64,000 nt of DNA from Haliotis rubra (lineage: Eukaryota), in the NCBI RefSeq assembly GCF_003918875.1, contig NW_025765336.1, positions 1,178,001 through 1,242,000 of the forward strand. Reading direction: 5' to 3'. Below the pieces are notes generated by a model that did no database searches, was not told the origin of the DNA, and was given only the letters and a program-made list of their open reading frames with translations. This document shows positions 63,933 to 64,000 of this stretch, piece by piece. The position numbers were made by a program, and so were the translations under genes. The first letter of the stretch is position 1. Each line of letters opens with the position of its first letter.

Positions 63933-64000
63933 CAGAGGTGGAAATAACCCATTGTCCAACGCCCCAGTCCAGTGTTTTTTTCTGTCTGGCAAGCAAATTT
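63933..64000. mobile_element. Third copy of the 5-bp-TSD MITE, cut by window edge
   Basis: cagaggtggaaataacccattg matches 19897 onward. Confidence 0.8.

Overview
Eukaryotic (animal) genomic scaffold, AT-rich and repeat-dense, with three N gaps (3141-3304, 31943-32083, 62139-62595). The SINE families and (GAGT)n tails suggest a gastropod mollusc, probably abalone (inference). Three gene loci can be read by hand. (1) Coding exons 1-4 of a BLTP3/UHRF1BP1-like (SHIP164) lipid-transfer gene on the minus strand (ATG 31315, ~26.6 kb first intron), running off the left edge. (2) A tail-to-tail pair of intronless carbonyl-reductase-like SDR genes (37463-38320 +; 41846-40988 -, one-base frameshift). 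Both carry Asn in place of the catalytic Tyr (NxxSK), and the second copy is bracketed by inverted repeats. (3) A 13-exon minus-strand divergent PACSIN-like F-BAR + 14-aa repeat + atypical SH3 gene (59431-46039) with two apparent +1 frameshifts and one in-frame TGA. The rest is retroposons (five families), DNA-transposon MITEs with readable TSDs, and many minisatellites. Most promising leads: a tRNA-headless retroposon whose copies share one 5' end that folds into a covarying pseudoknot (candidate ribozyme or structured RNA); the Tyr-less SDR pair; and splice sites duplicated by a SINE TSD and by a minisatellite. Most long ORFs in the supplied track are repeat artefacts.
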